Shown: piece by piece, positions 39,279 to 48,439 of the stretch | Position numbering within the stretch: the stretch's first letter is position 1 | Layout: every line of letters starts with the position of its first letter | From: an uncultured delta proteobacterium | Lineage (GTDB): Bacteria > Myxococcota_A > Polyangia > Polyangiales > Polyangiaceae | NCBI GenBank assembly: GCA_963716725.1 | Contig: CAVQUB010000001.1 | Span: 1-64,000 of the forward strand | Direction: 5' to 3' | DNA: 64,000 bases | Program-made: the position numbers and the translations under genes | The notes under the pieces: generated by a model | Seen by the model: only the letters and a program-made list of their open reading frames with translations | Told to the model about the DNA's origin: nothing | Databases searched by the model: none

Positions 39279-39656
39279 ATGGCCGAATACTCCTGCTTGA
39301 TTGTCGAAGACTCGCCGATGATGCGGCAGCTTCTGGTCTTCGCGCTTGCGCGAGTCAAGAACTTGCGCGTGACGGAGGCGGACGATGGAGTGGATGGACT
39401 GCGCAAGCTCGCGTCCGCTCGCTTCGACATCATCGTCACCGACATCAACATGCCCATCATGGATGGGCTCAAACTGGTCAAGCGGGTGCGCGGCGATCCG
39501 GTGCACAAAGACACGCCCATCGTGATCATCACCACCGAGGGATCACACGAAGATCGTCAGCGCGCCCTGCAGCTCGGCGCCAATGCCTACATCACCAAGC
39601 CCATCCAGGCGCCCCAGGTGATCGCGACGGTCAAAGAGCTGCTGAAGATCGAGTAG
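39279..39656 (+). CDS. single-domain CheY-like response regulator
   Basis: LIVEDS, TDINMP.MDG, ITTE, YITKP. Confidence 0.93.
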   Translation: MAEYSCLIVEDSPMMRQLLVFALARVKNLRVTEADDGVDGLRKLASARFDIIVTDINMPIMDGLKLVKRVRGDPVHKDTPIVIITTEGSHEDRQRALQLGANAYITKPIQAPQVIATVKELLKIE

Positions 39657-39661
39657 TCCGC

Positions 39662-40288
39662 CTGACCTGGGTGAAGATCTGTGGTGTCACCCGGGTGGAG
39701 GATGCGGAGCTCTGCGTCGCCGCGGGAGCGGACGCCCTCGGTCTGAACTTCATCCCAGGGTCGCTTCGCCGCGTCGATCTGATGGCTGCAAAACGTATCG
39801 CGGCGTGGTGCCGTGGACGCATCGAGATCGTGGGCGTCATCGCGGATCTCGCGCTGGACGCAGCCCGGGAGCTCCGCGACGAAATCAGTCTGGACGCGCT
39901 GCAGCTGCACGGCCACGAGCCGCCGGAGGTACTCGTGGGGTTGCTTCCGCATGCGTTCAAGGCCCTGCGGATCGGCAGCGCTTCGGATCTGGCCGAGGCC
40001 GCTCACTTCGGCGGGGATCGCATCCTGATTGACGCCAAGGTCGGCGACTCGCTCGGTGGTACCGGCCAGCGCGTCGAGCTGGACCTCGCGCGATCCATCG
40101 CGGCGAGTCGTCGTGTGATCCTCGCTGGCGGGCTTCGAGCGCCAGACGTGGCGGAGGTCATCCGAGTGGTCATGCCCTGGGGTGTCGACGTCGCCAGCGG
40201 CGTCGAAGTCCCTGGACGTCCGGGCCTGAAGTCCGAATCTGCCGTCCGCGCGTTCGTGCGAGAAGCGCGTCGCTTCGAGACGATCTAG
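39662..40288 (+). CDS. trpF: phosphoribosylanthranilate isomerase (start CTG 39662 or GTG 39671)
   Basis: VKICGVT, QLHGHE, GGTG, ILAGGL, GVDVASGVE. Confidence 0.9.
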   Translation: MTWVKICGVTRVEDAELCVAAGADALGLNFIPGSLRRVDLMAAKRIAAWCRGRIEIVGVIADLALDAARELRDEISLDALQLHGHEPPEVLVGLLPHAFKALRIGSASDLAEAAHFGGDRILIDAKVGDSLGGTGQRVELDLARSIAASRRVILAGGLRAPDVAEVIRVVMPWGVDVASGVEVPGRPGLKSESAVRAFVREARRFETI

Positions 40289-40299
40289 GCTGCGGACTC

Positions 40300-40776
40300 A
40301 TGCTTCGACTCTCGGTGTTCGGCCTGATCGCGAGCCTCGGCTGCTCCGCGGCGGGGGTCCGCGGCGGCGAGACCGTCCGTCCGGGTCAGGAGCCGGCGGG
40401 CCGTGCCATCGCCAGCTTCACGGCCGTCGAGTGCGTGGACGCCGAAGGTGGTGCACTGGCGCACCCGGCTCGAGCGCTGTTGGTGGAGGAGGAGCCCAAG
40501 CGGAGCCTGCTCGTGATTACCAGGCCCAGTTACGACTCGCTCGCGCTGCGTGAGCCACGGATCGAAGGACGGGAACTGGTCTTTCAGGCCACCCTCCAGG
40601 ACGAGAGCGGCGCTCGCGTGCTGCATGACTACCGGCTTCCGGAGGGTGGCGGCGACGGGCGAATGGCCGTCGCGACGGAGTTTGTCGAGGCACCGGCGGC
40701 GCCGGGCCACGTTTCGGCCAAAGTGGCGCGCATCGTCTTTGCGTGCCGATTGGTGAAAGAGCGGGGCGCGCAGTGA
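40300..40776 (+). CDS. hypothetical lipoprotein
   Basis: MLRLSVFGLIASLGC lipobox; lies inside the trp cluster. Confidence 0.6.
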   Translation: MLRLSVFGLIASLGCSAAGVRGGETVRPGQEPAGRAIASFTAVECVDAEGGALAHPARALLVEEEPKRSLLVITRPSYDSLALREPRIEGRELVFQATLQDESGARVLHDYRLPEGGGDGRMAVATEFVEAPAAPGHVSAKVARIVFACRLVKERGAQ

Positions 40777-40780
40777 CGGA

Positions 40781-41981
40781 TTGAGAGCTCCGCGCGGGAT
40801 ACTTCGGCGAGTTCGGAGGACGCTTCGTCGCCGAGACCCTCGTGCCCGCGCTGGTCGAGCTCGAGAGCGCGCTGCACGAGGTGGTGCTCACCGAGCCGTT
40901 TCAGGGCGAGTGGCGCGCGCTCCTCTCTTCCTACGTCGGTCGTCCGACCCCGCTCTGGCGCGCAGACCGTCTCGCGAGGGCCGTTGACCCATCCGGGCGC
41001 GATCTCGGAGAGCTCTGGCTCAAGCGCGAGGATCTCTGTCACACGGGCGCTCACAAGATCAACAACGCGCTCGGGCAAGTGCTCCTGGCGAAGAAGCTCG
41101 GAAAGCGCCGTATCATCGCCGAGACGGGCGCGGGCCAACACGGGGTCGCGACCGCGACCGCGGCCGCGGTCATGCAGCTGCCCTGCGACGTGTACATGGG
41201 CGCCGTGGACGTCGCCCGGCAAGCGCCCAACGTCGAGCGCATGAAGATGCTGGGGGCTCGCGTCATCGCCGTGGAGAGCGGCTCGCGCACGCTGAAGGAC
41301 GCCATGAACGAGGCCCTGCGCGACTGGGTCACGAACGTGGCTGGAACCCACTATTGCGTGGGATCCGCGGCGGGGCCCCATCCGTACCCCACGCTGGTCG
41401 CCGAGTTGCAGCGCGTGATCGGCGACGAGACCAGGGCGCAGTGGGCGGGGGGGCCGGGCGGACTGCCCGATGCGGTGGTCGCTTGCATCGGTGGGGGCTC
41501 GAACGCCATCGGCATGTTCCGCGCCTTCATCGACGATGACGTCGCGCTGCACGGCGTCGAGGCCGCGGGCGAGGGAGTGCAGACCTCCCGCCATGCGGCC
41601 ACGCTGACTCGGGGTCGTGTCGGGGTGTTGCATGGGGCGCGCACCTTGGTGCTCTCGGACGACGACGGGCAGATCCTCGAGGCGCACTCGGTGAGCGCGG
41701 GCCTCGATTACCCCGGTGTCGGTCCCGAGCACGCGGCGTTGATGCGTTCCGGGCGTGCGCGATACACGACGGCGACCGACGCGGCCGCCATTGCCGCCGC
41801 GCACCTGGTCGCACGAAGCGAGGGCATCGTGGTTGCGCTGGAGACCGCCCATGCCTTCGCTGCCCTGGGCGAGATCGCGGGCGTCGAGCGAGAGCGGCTC
41901 GGTCGACCGGTGCGCATTGCGCTGTGCCTCTCGGGGCGAGGCGACAAGGATTTGGCCACGCTGTCGGAGCGTTTGCCATGA
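40781..41981 (+). CDS. trpB: tryptophan synthase beta chain (5' end disrupted in this sequence)
   Basis: GYFGEFGGRFVAETL upstream of the ORF start; KREDLCHTGAHKINN, AETGAGQHG, GGGSNA, SAGLDYPGVGPEH, LSGRGDKD. Confidence 0.93.
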
Positions 41982-42781
41982 CGGTGGCGCGCATCGACGG
42001 GTGCTTTGCCGCGTGCAAAGCGGCCGAGCGCCCGGCGCTGGTCATCTACCTCACCATTGGCGACCCCAGTGTCGAGGACTCGCTGGCGTGCGCGCTGGCC
42101 GCGCTCGCAGCGGGTGCCGACGTGCTCGAGCTCGGAGTGCCGTTCAGCGATCCCAGCGCCGATGGCCCAGTGATCGCCGCCGCGAGCCAGCGGGCGATCC
42201 GCGCCGGGGGCTCGCTGCGCGCTGCGCTCGAGACGGCGCGGCGCATTCGCGAGCAGAGCGCAGCACCGCTGGTGCTCTTCAGCTACCTGAACCCGCTGCT
42301 TGCTTTCGGCGAAGACCGATTGCCGCGGTCCCTCGAGGAGGCTGGCATCGACGCTGTGCTCGTGGTCGACCTGCCGCCGGAAGAAGGCGCGCCGCTTCGC
42401 GCGAGCCTGGAGAGCCGAGACATCGTGGTCATTCCGCTGATCGCGCCCACCACCGACGAGGAGCGTGAAGCGATGGTGCTGCGCGGAGCCCGGGGCTTCG
42501 CCTACTACGTGTCCGCGACCGGCGTCACTGGGCTCGGGGACGCGCCGCTGGCGGCGGCCGCGGCGCGAGCCCGGGCGCTGGCGGATCGCCGCGGGCTGCC
42601 GGTCGTGGTCGGATTTGGCGTCGACACACCCGACAAAGCCCGGCTCCTGGCCAGGGCCGGGGTGGACGGGGTCGTGGTGGGCAGCGCCGTCGTGAAGGCC
42701 ATCAGCGGCGCAGAAGACCGCGGGGCGAGGGTTCGTGTGGTCTCGGAGCTGATCGCCGATCTGCGGCGCGCGCTCGTGTAG
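41978..42781 (+). CDS. trpA: tryptophan synthase alpha chain
   Basis: ELGVPFSDPSADGPVI, Y.NP, DLPPEE, GVTG, VGFGV, VVGSA. Confidence 0.95.
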   Translation: MTVARIDGCFAACKAAERPALVIYLTIGDPSVEDSLACALAALAAGADVLELGVPFSDPSADGPVIAAASQRAIRAGGSLRAALETARRIREQSAAPLVLFSYLNPLLAFGEDRLPRSLEEAGIDAVLVVDLPPEEGAPLRASLESRDIVVIPLIAPTTDEEREAMVLRGARGFAYYVSATGVTGLGDAPLAAAAARARALADRRGLPVVVGFGVDTPDKARLLARAGVDGVVVGSAVVKAISGAEDRGARVRVVSELIADLRRALV

Positions 42782-42840
42782 GGCGGGGTGCGCCTGAGGT
42801 CAGCTTTGCGTCAGGGCAGGCTCTGGGTTGAAATGGGTGC

Positions 42841-44388
42841 ATGAACCGAGTCGCCTGGGCGCTCGCTGGTCTGTCGCTCGGATGTGGGCTGGCCGTAGCG
42901 GCCTGCGCGGGCAGCACCGACGACGGGGGCGCGGTTTCGAGTGGCGGCACCGGCGGCGCGGCAGGAGACAGTGGCGGTGCGACGGGCGGCAGCGGCGGCT
43001 CCCAGGTGTTTCCGAGTTGTAACGACGGAGCCAAGGGCGACAACGAGACCGACGTCGACTGCGGCGGTGCGTGCCCGCCCTGCGCCGACAAGAAGACCTG
43101 CAAGGCTGTCGACGACTGCTTGTCCAAGATCTGCACCGACACGGTGTGCGGAGGCTGTTCGCCGACGTCGCCCTGCCCGAACGCCCTGGCCTGTGTCGCG
43201 GGGATCTGTCAGCCCTGCGCGAGCAACGCCGAGTGCGGGACAGGGCAAGCGTGCACGGCAGGCAAGTGTGGTGCGTGCGGAGGAGCCGGCGCCTGCGCGG
43301 CGGGGCAGGCCTGCGTGGCTGGCAAGTGCGGTCCGTGTCAGAACAGCGCCGACTGCGGCGGCGGTCAGGTGTGTGAGAGCGGCGCGTGCAAGCCCTGCGC
43401 GAGCGCCGGGCAATGTGCGCCTGGGCAGATCTGTCAGAGCGGCGCCTGCGGCGCTTGCGCGAAGACCGGTGACTGCCCCAAGGGGCAAGCCTGCGTCAGC
43501 GGTGCTTGCGGCAATTGCACGGGCAACTCCGACTGCGATCCGGGCCAGGCCTGCGTGGGCGGTGTCTGTGGACCCTGCACGGGCGCAGCGCAGTGCACGG
43601 CGGGCCAAGCCTGCGTCGGCGGCAAGTGCGGAGCGTGCGGCAGCACTGACGATTGTCCCAAAGGGCAGGCCTGCGTCGCCGGCGTGTGCGGTTCCTGCAC
43701 GCTCGCCAGCCAGTGCGGTGGCACCGACGCTTGTGTCAGCGGTGCCTGCACGCCTTGCACGGTGTCCTCGCAGTGCGGCAGCGGCAAGGTGTGTGACTTC
43801 GGACGCTGCCTGGCCGGCACGGAGGTGCAGATGTACCAATGTCCGCCTTCGCAGAGTCTCGGTGGCGGAGCTTGGGGCTTTTACGGGTGCCAGAACCACG
43901 TGGCCAGCACGCCGACTTGCACCATCATCGAGGCTCCGACCACCAAGACCCTCGACTGCACGCCCATCGGCAAGCTCGCGGTGGTGACGGCGAGCGCGGC
44001 GGCGGCGCCGGGCACCACTCAGGTCGCGATGTACCAGTGCCCGCCGGCCCAGAGTCTGGGCGGCGGCGCCTGGGGCTTCTACGGTTGCCAGGGCCAGCTC
44101 GCCAGCACGCCGACCTGCACGATCACCGAGTATCCGACGTCGCAGACCTTCAATTGCACTTCGGTGGGCAAGATCTCCCTCGGCAGCTCGGCGCCGACCG
44201 CGCCCCCGGGTGGCAAGGTTGTGCCCATGTACCAGTGCCCGCCGGCCCAGAGTCTGGGTGGCGGGGCCTGGGCCTACTACGGATGTCAGGCTCAGCTCGC
44301 CAGCACGCCGACCTGCAGCGTCATCGAGTACCCAGCCTCGCAGAGTTTCAACTGCACTGCGGCAGGCTCGATGGTTCTCGGGCCGTAG
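42841..44388 (+). CDS. Cys-rich repeat surface lipoprotein with three C-terminal repeats
   Basis: Lipobox VAAC; ETDVDCGG; 11 x 20-aa C-x5-C-x5-C-x4-C repeats; 3 x MYQCPP.QSLGGGAW..YGCQ repeats. Confidence 0.85.
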   Translation: MNRVAWALAGLSLGCGLAVAACAGSTDDGGAVSSGGTGGAAGDSGGATGGSGGSQVFPSCNDGAKGDNETDVDCGGACPPCADKKTCKAVDDCLSKICTDTVCGGCSPTSPCPNALACVAGICQPCASNAECGTGQACTAGKCGACGGAGACAAGQACVAGKCGPCQNSADCGGGQVCESGACKPCASAGQCAPGQICQSGACGACAKTGDCPKGQACVSGACGNCTGNSDCDPGQACVGGVCGPCTGAAQCTAGQACVGGKCGACGSTDDCPKGQACVAGVCGSCTLASQCGGTDACVSGACTPCTVSSQCGSGKVCDFGRCLAGTEVQMYQCPPSQSLGGGAWGFYGCQNHVASTPTCTIIEAPTTKTLDCTPIGKLAVVTASAAAAPGTTQVAMYQCPPAQSLGGGAWGFYGCQGQLASTPTCTITEYPTSQTFNCTSVGKISLGSSAPTAPPGGKVVPMYQCPPAQSLGGGAWAYYGCQAQLASTPTCSVIEYPASQSFNCTAAGSMVLGP

Positions 44389-44447
44389 CCCAGAGCCAGT
44401 GCTGCGCGGAGGTTCCATCGGCTCGACAAACGCCGTAGCTTTCCCCC

Positions 44448-45590
44448 ATGGACCTCCGTCAAGCGGACCTCGAATCGAAGCTCGCGTCGCTCCTGAAGCG
44501 AGTCGCTGGCGCGAAATCCCCCAAGTCGATCTTCGACGCCGCGGAGGCGCTGGCGCTGGCCCTCGAGTTCCGCGACACGGACGCGATGATCGGGCTGCCA
44601 GCGGTGCCTGAGGCGCTGATCGACCGAGCTCGCGTGGCGGTGATTCGGGCGCGCGAGCTGGCGGTGGAGGCAGGCGTGAGTGACGCCTGCCTGCAAGCAG
44701 CCGAATCGATTTGGCTCGCGCAAGACCGCAGAAATGCCAAGCGCGCCGCGGAGCTGGCCCGGCGGACCGAGAGCGAACCGCGCGCCCAGTACTTGCTCGG
44801 GCTGTTTGCCTTCAATGGATTCGGTCAGAAGAAGGATTTGAAGCAGAGCCTCACTCGACAGCGCCAGGCCGCCGACGGCGGACACGCTGACGCCATGTTT
44901 GAAGTCTACGCGATGACGTCGCAGGGCCTGGGTTGCAAGGCGGATCCGACTGGCGCGGCCCAGTGGTGCGAGCGGGCGGCGAAGGCCGGCAACGTGCGCG
45001 CCATGTCGAACTTGGGAGGCTTCTACGCAACCGGGGGAGGGGGGCTTCGACACGACGCCGACCTGTCCATCTACTGGTACGACCGCGCGGCGCAGGCCGG
45101 GCACGGTCGCGCCGCGGCCACCCTCGGCGTGATGTACGCGCTCGGCTCCGGGGCCCCTCGGTCCGTGGCTGATGCCACCCGGTACTTCGCCATGGCTGAA
45201 GAAATGGGCTTCGATTGGAGGGGCTTTGCCGAGAGCGCTGGGGTCGACCTCGCCGAACTCTTGAGGGTGACGCTCGCGCCGCCCCCGAAGCAGGCGGGCG
45301 GGACGGGCAAGCTGCCGCCGATACCCCAGCTGCCGCCGCCGCCACGCACGCCGCGCTTCGACGCTGACGAGCCGGCGGCGACGCAACGGGCCCCAGCGAA
45401 GAAGGCTGTGCCGAAGAAGAAGGCCGCGCCGAAGAAGAAGGCCGCGCCGAAGAAGAAGGCCGCGCCGAAGAAGAAGGCCGTGCCGAAGAAGAAGGCTGCG
45501 CCGAAGAAGAAGGCTGCGCCGAAGAAGAAGGCCGCGCCGAAGAAGAAGGCCGCGCCCAAGAAGAAGGCCGCGCCCAAGAAGCTGCGCTGA
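44448..45590 (+). CDS. Sel1-repeat protein with histone H1-like C-terminal tail
   Basis: AQYLLG....G.G, AMSNLG.FY..G, WY.RAA..GH; tail of (PKKKAA)n. Confidence 0.85.
   Translation: MDLRQADLESKLASLLKRVAGAKSPKSIFDAAEALALALEFRDTDAMIGLPAVPEALIDRARVAVIRARELAVEAGVSDACLQAAESIWLAQDRRNAKRAAELARRTESEPRAQYLLGLFAFNGFGQKKDLKQSLTRQRQAADGGHADAMFEVYAMTSQGLGCKADPTGAAQWCERAAKAGNVRAMSNLGGFYATGGGGLRHDADLSIYWYDRAAQAGHGRAAATLGVMYALGSGAPRSVADATRYFAMAEEMGFDWRGFAESAGVDLAELLRVTLAPPPKQAGGTGKLPPIPQLPPPPRTPRFDADEPAATQRAPAKKAVPKKKAAPKKKAAPKKKAAPKKKAVPKKKAAPKKKAAPKKKAAPKKKAAPKKKAAPKKLR
45393..45581 (+). repeat. 18-nt coding tandem repeat (CCGAAGAAGAAGGCYGYG)
   Basis: 9 PKKKA(A/V) units plus flanking partial units. Confidence 0.92.
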
Positions 45591-45595
45591 GCGCC

Positions 45596-45628
45596 AAAGA
45601 GAAACGGGGCCGACCGAAGTCGACCCCG
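45596..45628 (-). terminator. intrinsic terminator downstream of the pyrophosphatase gene
   Basis: Minus strand CGGGGTCGAC-TTCG-GTCGGCCCCG followed by TTTCTCTTT, between convergent genes. Confidence 0.75.
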
Positions 45629-45651
45629 CTTTCAACCGGACGCCGGTTTCG

Positions 45652-48144
45652 TCACTCGGCGGGTTCGGGTTCCGGCTTCTTGGTCGGTGTCGGCTCTTCG
45701 CCCGAGTGGATGCGCATGCCGTAGAAGCTGCGGTAGATGAAGAACACCATGATGGAGAAGAACACCACGGCGAGCACCGCGCTGGTCTGACGGCTGAACT
45801 GCAGCGCCATCTCGACGGCCAAGAGGCCGAAGAGCGTGGTGAACTTGATGATGGGGTTCATCGCGACGCTGGAGGTGTCCTTGAAGGGATCGCCCACGGT
45901 GTCGCCCACCACGCAGGCGTCGTGCAGGGCCGTGCCCTTCTCCTTCAGGTCGACCTCGACCACCTTCTTGGCGTTGTCCCAAGCGCCGCCGGCATTGGCC
46001 AGGAAGAGCGCCTGGTGCAGGCCGAAGAGGGCGATGCTGATCAGGTAGCCGATGAAGAAGAACGGCTCGACGCAGGCGTAGGCCAAGGTCGCGAAGAACA
46101 CGACCAAGAAGATGTTGAACATGCCCTTCTGCGCGTAGGTCGTGCAGATCTCGACGACCTTCTTGCTGTCGGCGATGCTCGCCTTGACCACGCCGTCGAG
46201 CTTGATGTTCGCCTTGATGAACTCGACGGCTCGGTAGGCGCCGGTGCTCACGGCCTGGGTCGAGGCGCCGGTGAACCAATAGATGATGCCGCCGCCGGCG
46301 ATCAGGCCGAGCAGGAAGGGGGGATGCAGGATCGAGAGCTTCTCGACGTTCTCTTTCAACCCGTTGGTGAGCATCACGACGATCGAGAAGATCATGGTCG
46401 TGGCTCCGACGACCGCGGTCCCGATCAGCACCGGCTTGGCCGTAGCCTTGAAGGTGTTGCCAGCGCCGTCGTTCTCCTCGAGCAGGTGCTTGGCCCTCTC
46501 GAAGTTGACCTTGAACTTGAAGTCCCTCTGCAGCTCGTCCTCGATGCCTTCGATGCTCTCGATGGTCGAGAGTTCGTAGACGCTCTGCGCGTTGTCCGTG
46601 ACCGGCCCGTAGCTGTCGACGGCGATGGTCACCGGGCCCATGCCGAGGAAGCCAAAGGCCACCAGGCCGAAGGCGAACACGGCGGGAGCCATCATGATGG
46701 TCTCGAGCCCGAGCGAAGACACGTAGTAGCTCGCTCCCATCAGCACCATCAGCACGATGCCCATCCAGAAGGCGCTGAAGTTGCCGGCGGTCAGGCCCGA
46801 GAGGATGTTGAGCGACGCGCCGCCCTCGCGGCTGGCCGTCACCACCTCGTCGACGTGGCGGCTCGAGGTGCTCGTGAAGACCTTGATCAGCTCGGGGATG
46901 ATCGCGCCGGCCAGGGTGCCGCAGCTGATGATGATGCTGAGCTTCCACCACAGCGTGGGGTCGCCACCCAGGGTCGGGATCAAGAGGTACGAGACCAAGA
47001 AGGTCAGGGCGACGCTGACGATGGAGGTCAGCCACACCAGCACGGTGAGCGGGTGCTCGAAGTTGAACTTGTCTTTCGGGCCCAGCGTCGCCTTCTGATA
47101 GGCCTCGTTGACCAGGTAGGAGGCGCCGCTGGCGACCACCATCATCACGCGCATCGCGAAGATCCAGACCAAGAGCTGGACCTGAAGCAGTTCCTGCGGC
47201 ACCGCCAAGATGATGAAGGTGATGAGCGCGACGCCCGTCACTCCGTAGGTCTCGAAGCCGTCTGCCGAAGGACCCACCGAGTCGCCGGCGTTGTCGCCGG
47301 TACAATCGGCGATGACGCCCGGGTTACGCGCGTCGTCTTCCTTGATCTTGAACACGATCTTCATCAAGTCGGAGCCAATGTCCGCGATCTTGGTGAAGAT
47401 GCCGCCCGCAATGCGCAGGGCAGACGCACCGAGGGACTCGCCGATGGCGAAGCCGATGAAGCAGGGGCCCGCGTACTCGCGGGGAATGAACAGAAGAATC
47501 GCGAGCATGATCATGAGCTCGACGCTGATCAGCGCCATGCCGATGCTCATGCCTGCCTTGAGGGGGATGGCGTAGAGCGGGAAGGGCTTGCCACTGAGGC
47601 TCGCGAAGGCCGTTCGGCTGTTGGCGTAGGTGTTGATCCGGATCCCGTACCAGGCCACTCCGTAGCTGCCGGCGATGCCGACCAGGCTGAAGAACAGGAT
47701 GATCGCCACGCGCTCGACCGGGTACTGCTGCAGCACGCCGAAGTAGACGACGATGATCGCGCCGATGAAGATCTCGAGGATCAGGATGAACTTGCCCTGA
47801 GTGATCAGGTAGGTCTTGCAGGTCTCCCAGATCAGGTCGCTGATCTCGGCCATCGACTTGTGGACCGGCAGCTTCTCCACCTGCTTCAAGGTGATGAAGG
47901 CAAAAATCAAACCGAGGGCGCAAATCCCGAGGCCGCCGAAGAGCAAATGCTTGCCGCTCATGCCGAGCATTTGGACCTTGTCGAGATCGGGCAGCACCAG
48001 GTTGGCTTCGCCGCCGCCTTTGTGACCCGTGCCCTCGCTAGCCAGGGCCAGGCCGTTGACGAGAAGGGTCGCCAGCAACGTCGTGATTGTGGTGAGTGCA
48101 AGTGTGGCTTGGCGCACTGCGCCACGCGCGGACCAATTAGACAT
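45652..48144 (-). CDS. hppA: membrane-integral ion-translocating pyrophosphatase
   Basis: GGIFTKIADIGSDL, EDDARNP.VIAD..GDN.GD, DSYGPVTDNA, GNTFKA, GGAWDNAKK, GDTVGDPFKDTS. Confidence 0.95.
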   Translation of the reverse strand: MSNWSARGAVRQATLALTTITTLLATLLVNGLALASEGTGHKGGGEANLVLPDLDKVQMLGMSGKHLLFGGLGICALGLIFAFITLKQVEKLPVHKSMAEISDLIWETCKTYLITQGKFILILEIFIGAIIVVYFGVLQQYPVERVAIILFFSLVGIAGSYGVAWYGIRINTYANSRTAFASLSGKPFPLYAIPLKAGMSIGMALISVELMIMLAILLFIPREYAGPCFIGFAIGESLGASALRIAGGIFTKIADIGSDLMKIVFKIKEDDARNPGVIADCTGDNAGDSVGPSADGFETYGVTGVALITFIILAVPQELLQVQLLVWIFAMRVMMVVASGASYLVNEAYQKATLGPKDKFNFEHPLTVLVWLTSIVSVALTFLVSYLLIPTLGGDPTLWWKLSIIISCGTLAGAIIPELIKVFTSTSSRHVDEVVTASREGGASLNILSGLTAGNFSAFWMGIVLMVLMGASYYVSSLGLETIMMAPAVFAFGLVAFGFLGMGPVTIAVDSYGPVTDNAQSVYELSTIESIEGIEDELQRDFKFKVNFERAKHLLEENDGAGNTFKATAKPVLIGTAVVGATTMIFSIVVMLTNGLKENVEKLSILHPPFLLGLIAGGGIIYWFTGASTQAVSTGAYRAVEFIKANIKLDGVVKASIADSKKVVEICTTYAQKGMFNIFLVVFFATLAYACVEPFFFIGYLISIALFGLHQALFLANAGGAWDNAKKVVEVDLKEKGTALHDACVVGDTVGDPFKDTSSVAMNPIIKFTTLFGLLAVEMALQFSRQTSAVLAVVFFSIMVFFIYRSFYGMRIHSGEEPTPTKKPEPEPAE

Positions 48145-48153
48145 CTCGTTCAT

Positions 48154-48285
48154 CCTCCGCTTTCGCGGAGGCGAGCTTCCACACCCGGGCGACGGATCGA
48201 GCACCAGTTTGGGCAGCTCGGGTCGTCGTTCGAAGCGCTTGGCCTCGCCTCGCCCCCCCTACAGCAGGGGGAGAAACTGGGCGCG
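48154..48285 (-). promoter_or_regulatory. structured leader of hppA with SD-sequestering hairpin
   Basis: CCTCCGC-GAAA-GCGGAGG hairpin contains the GGAGG 9 nt before the ATG; further stems lie upstream. Confidence 0.4.
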
Positions 48286-48439
48286 CTTTAGCAGAGTCGA
48301 GTCCGGTCGCCAATGGCGGTGACTCGTCACAGGCCCCGGGGTCGAGAGCGCAGGCCCGCAGGTCCGCGAATTCGTTCCGAGATGCGCTGCCGGGGGGCCC
48401 GGATCCCGGCTGCTCGGCCGCCATGGACCCGCCCCTGCC

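Noticed and set aside
40782..40784. Selenocysteine or programmed readthrough at the trpB TGA
   Set aside because: Non-conserved N-terminal position; a single-base error explains it more simply
45706..48291. 861-aa plus-strand ORF, and many similar long antisense ORFs across the window
   Set aside because: Shadow ORFs caused by high GC codon bias opposite clearly identifiable genes
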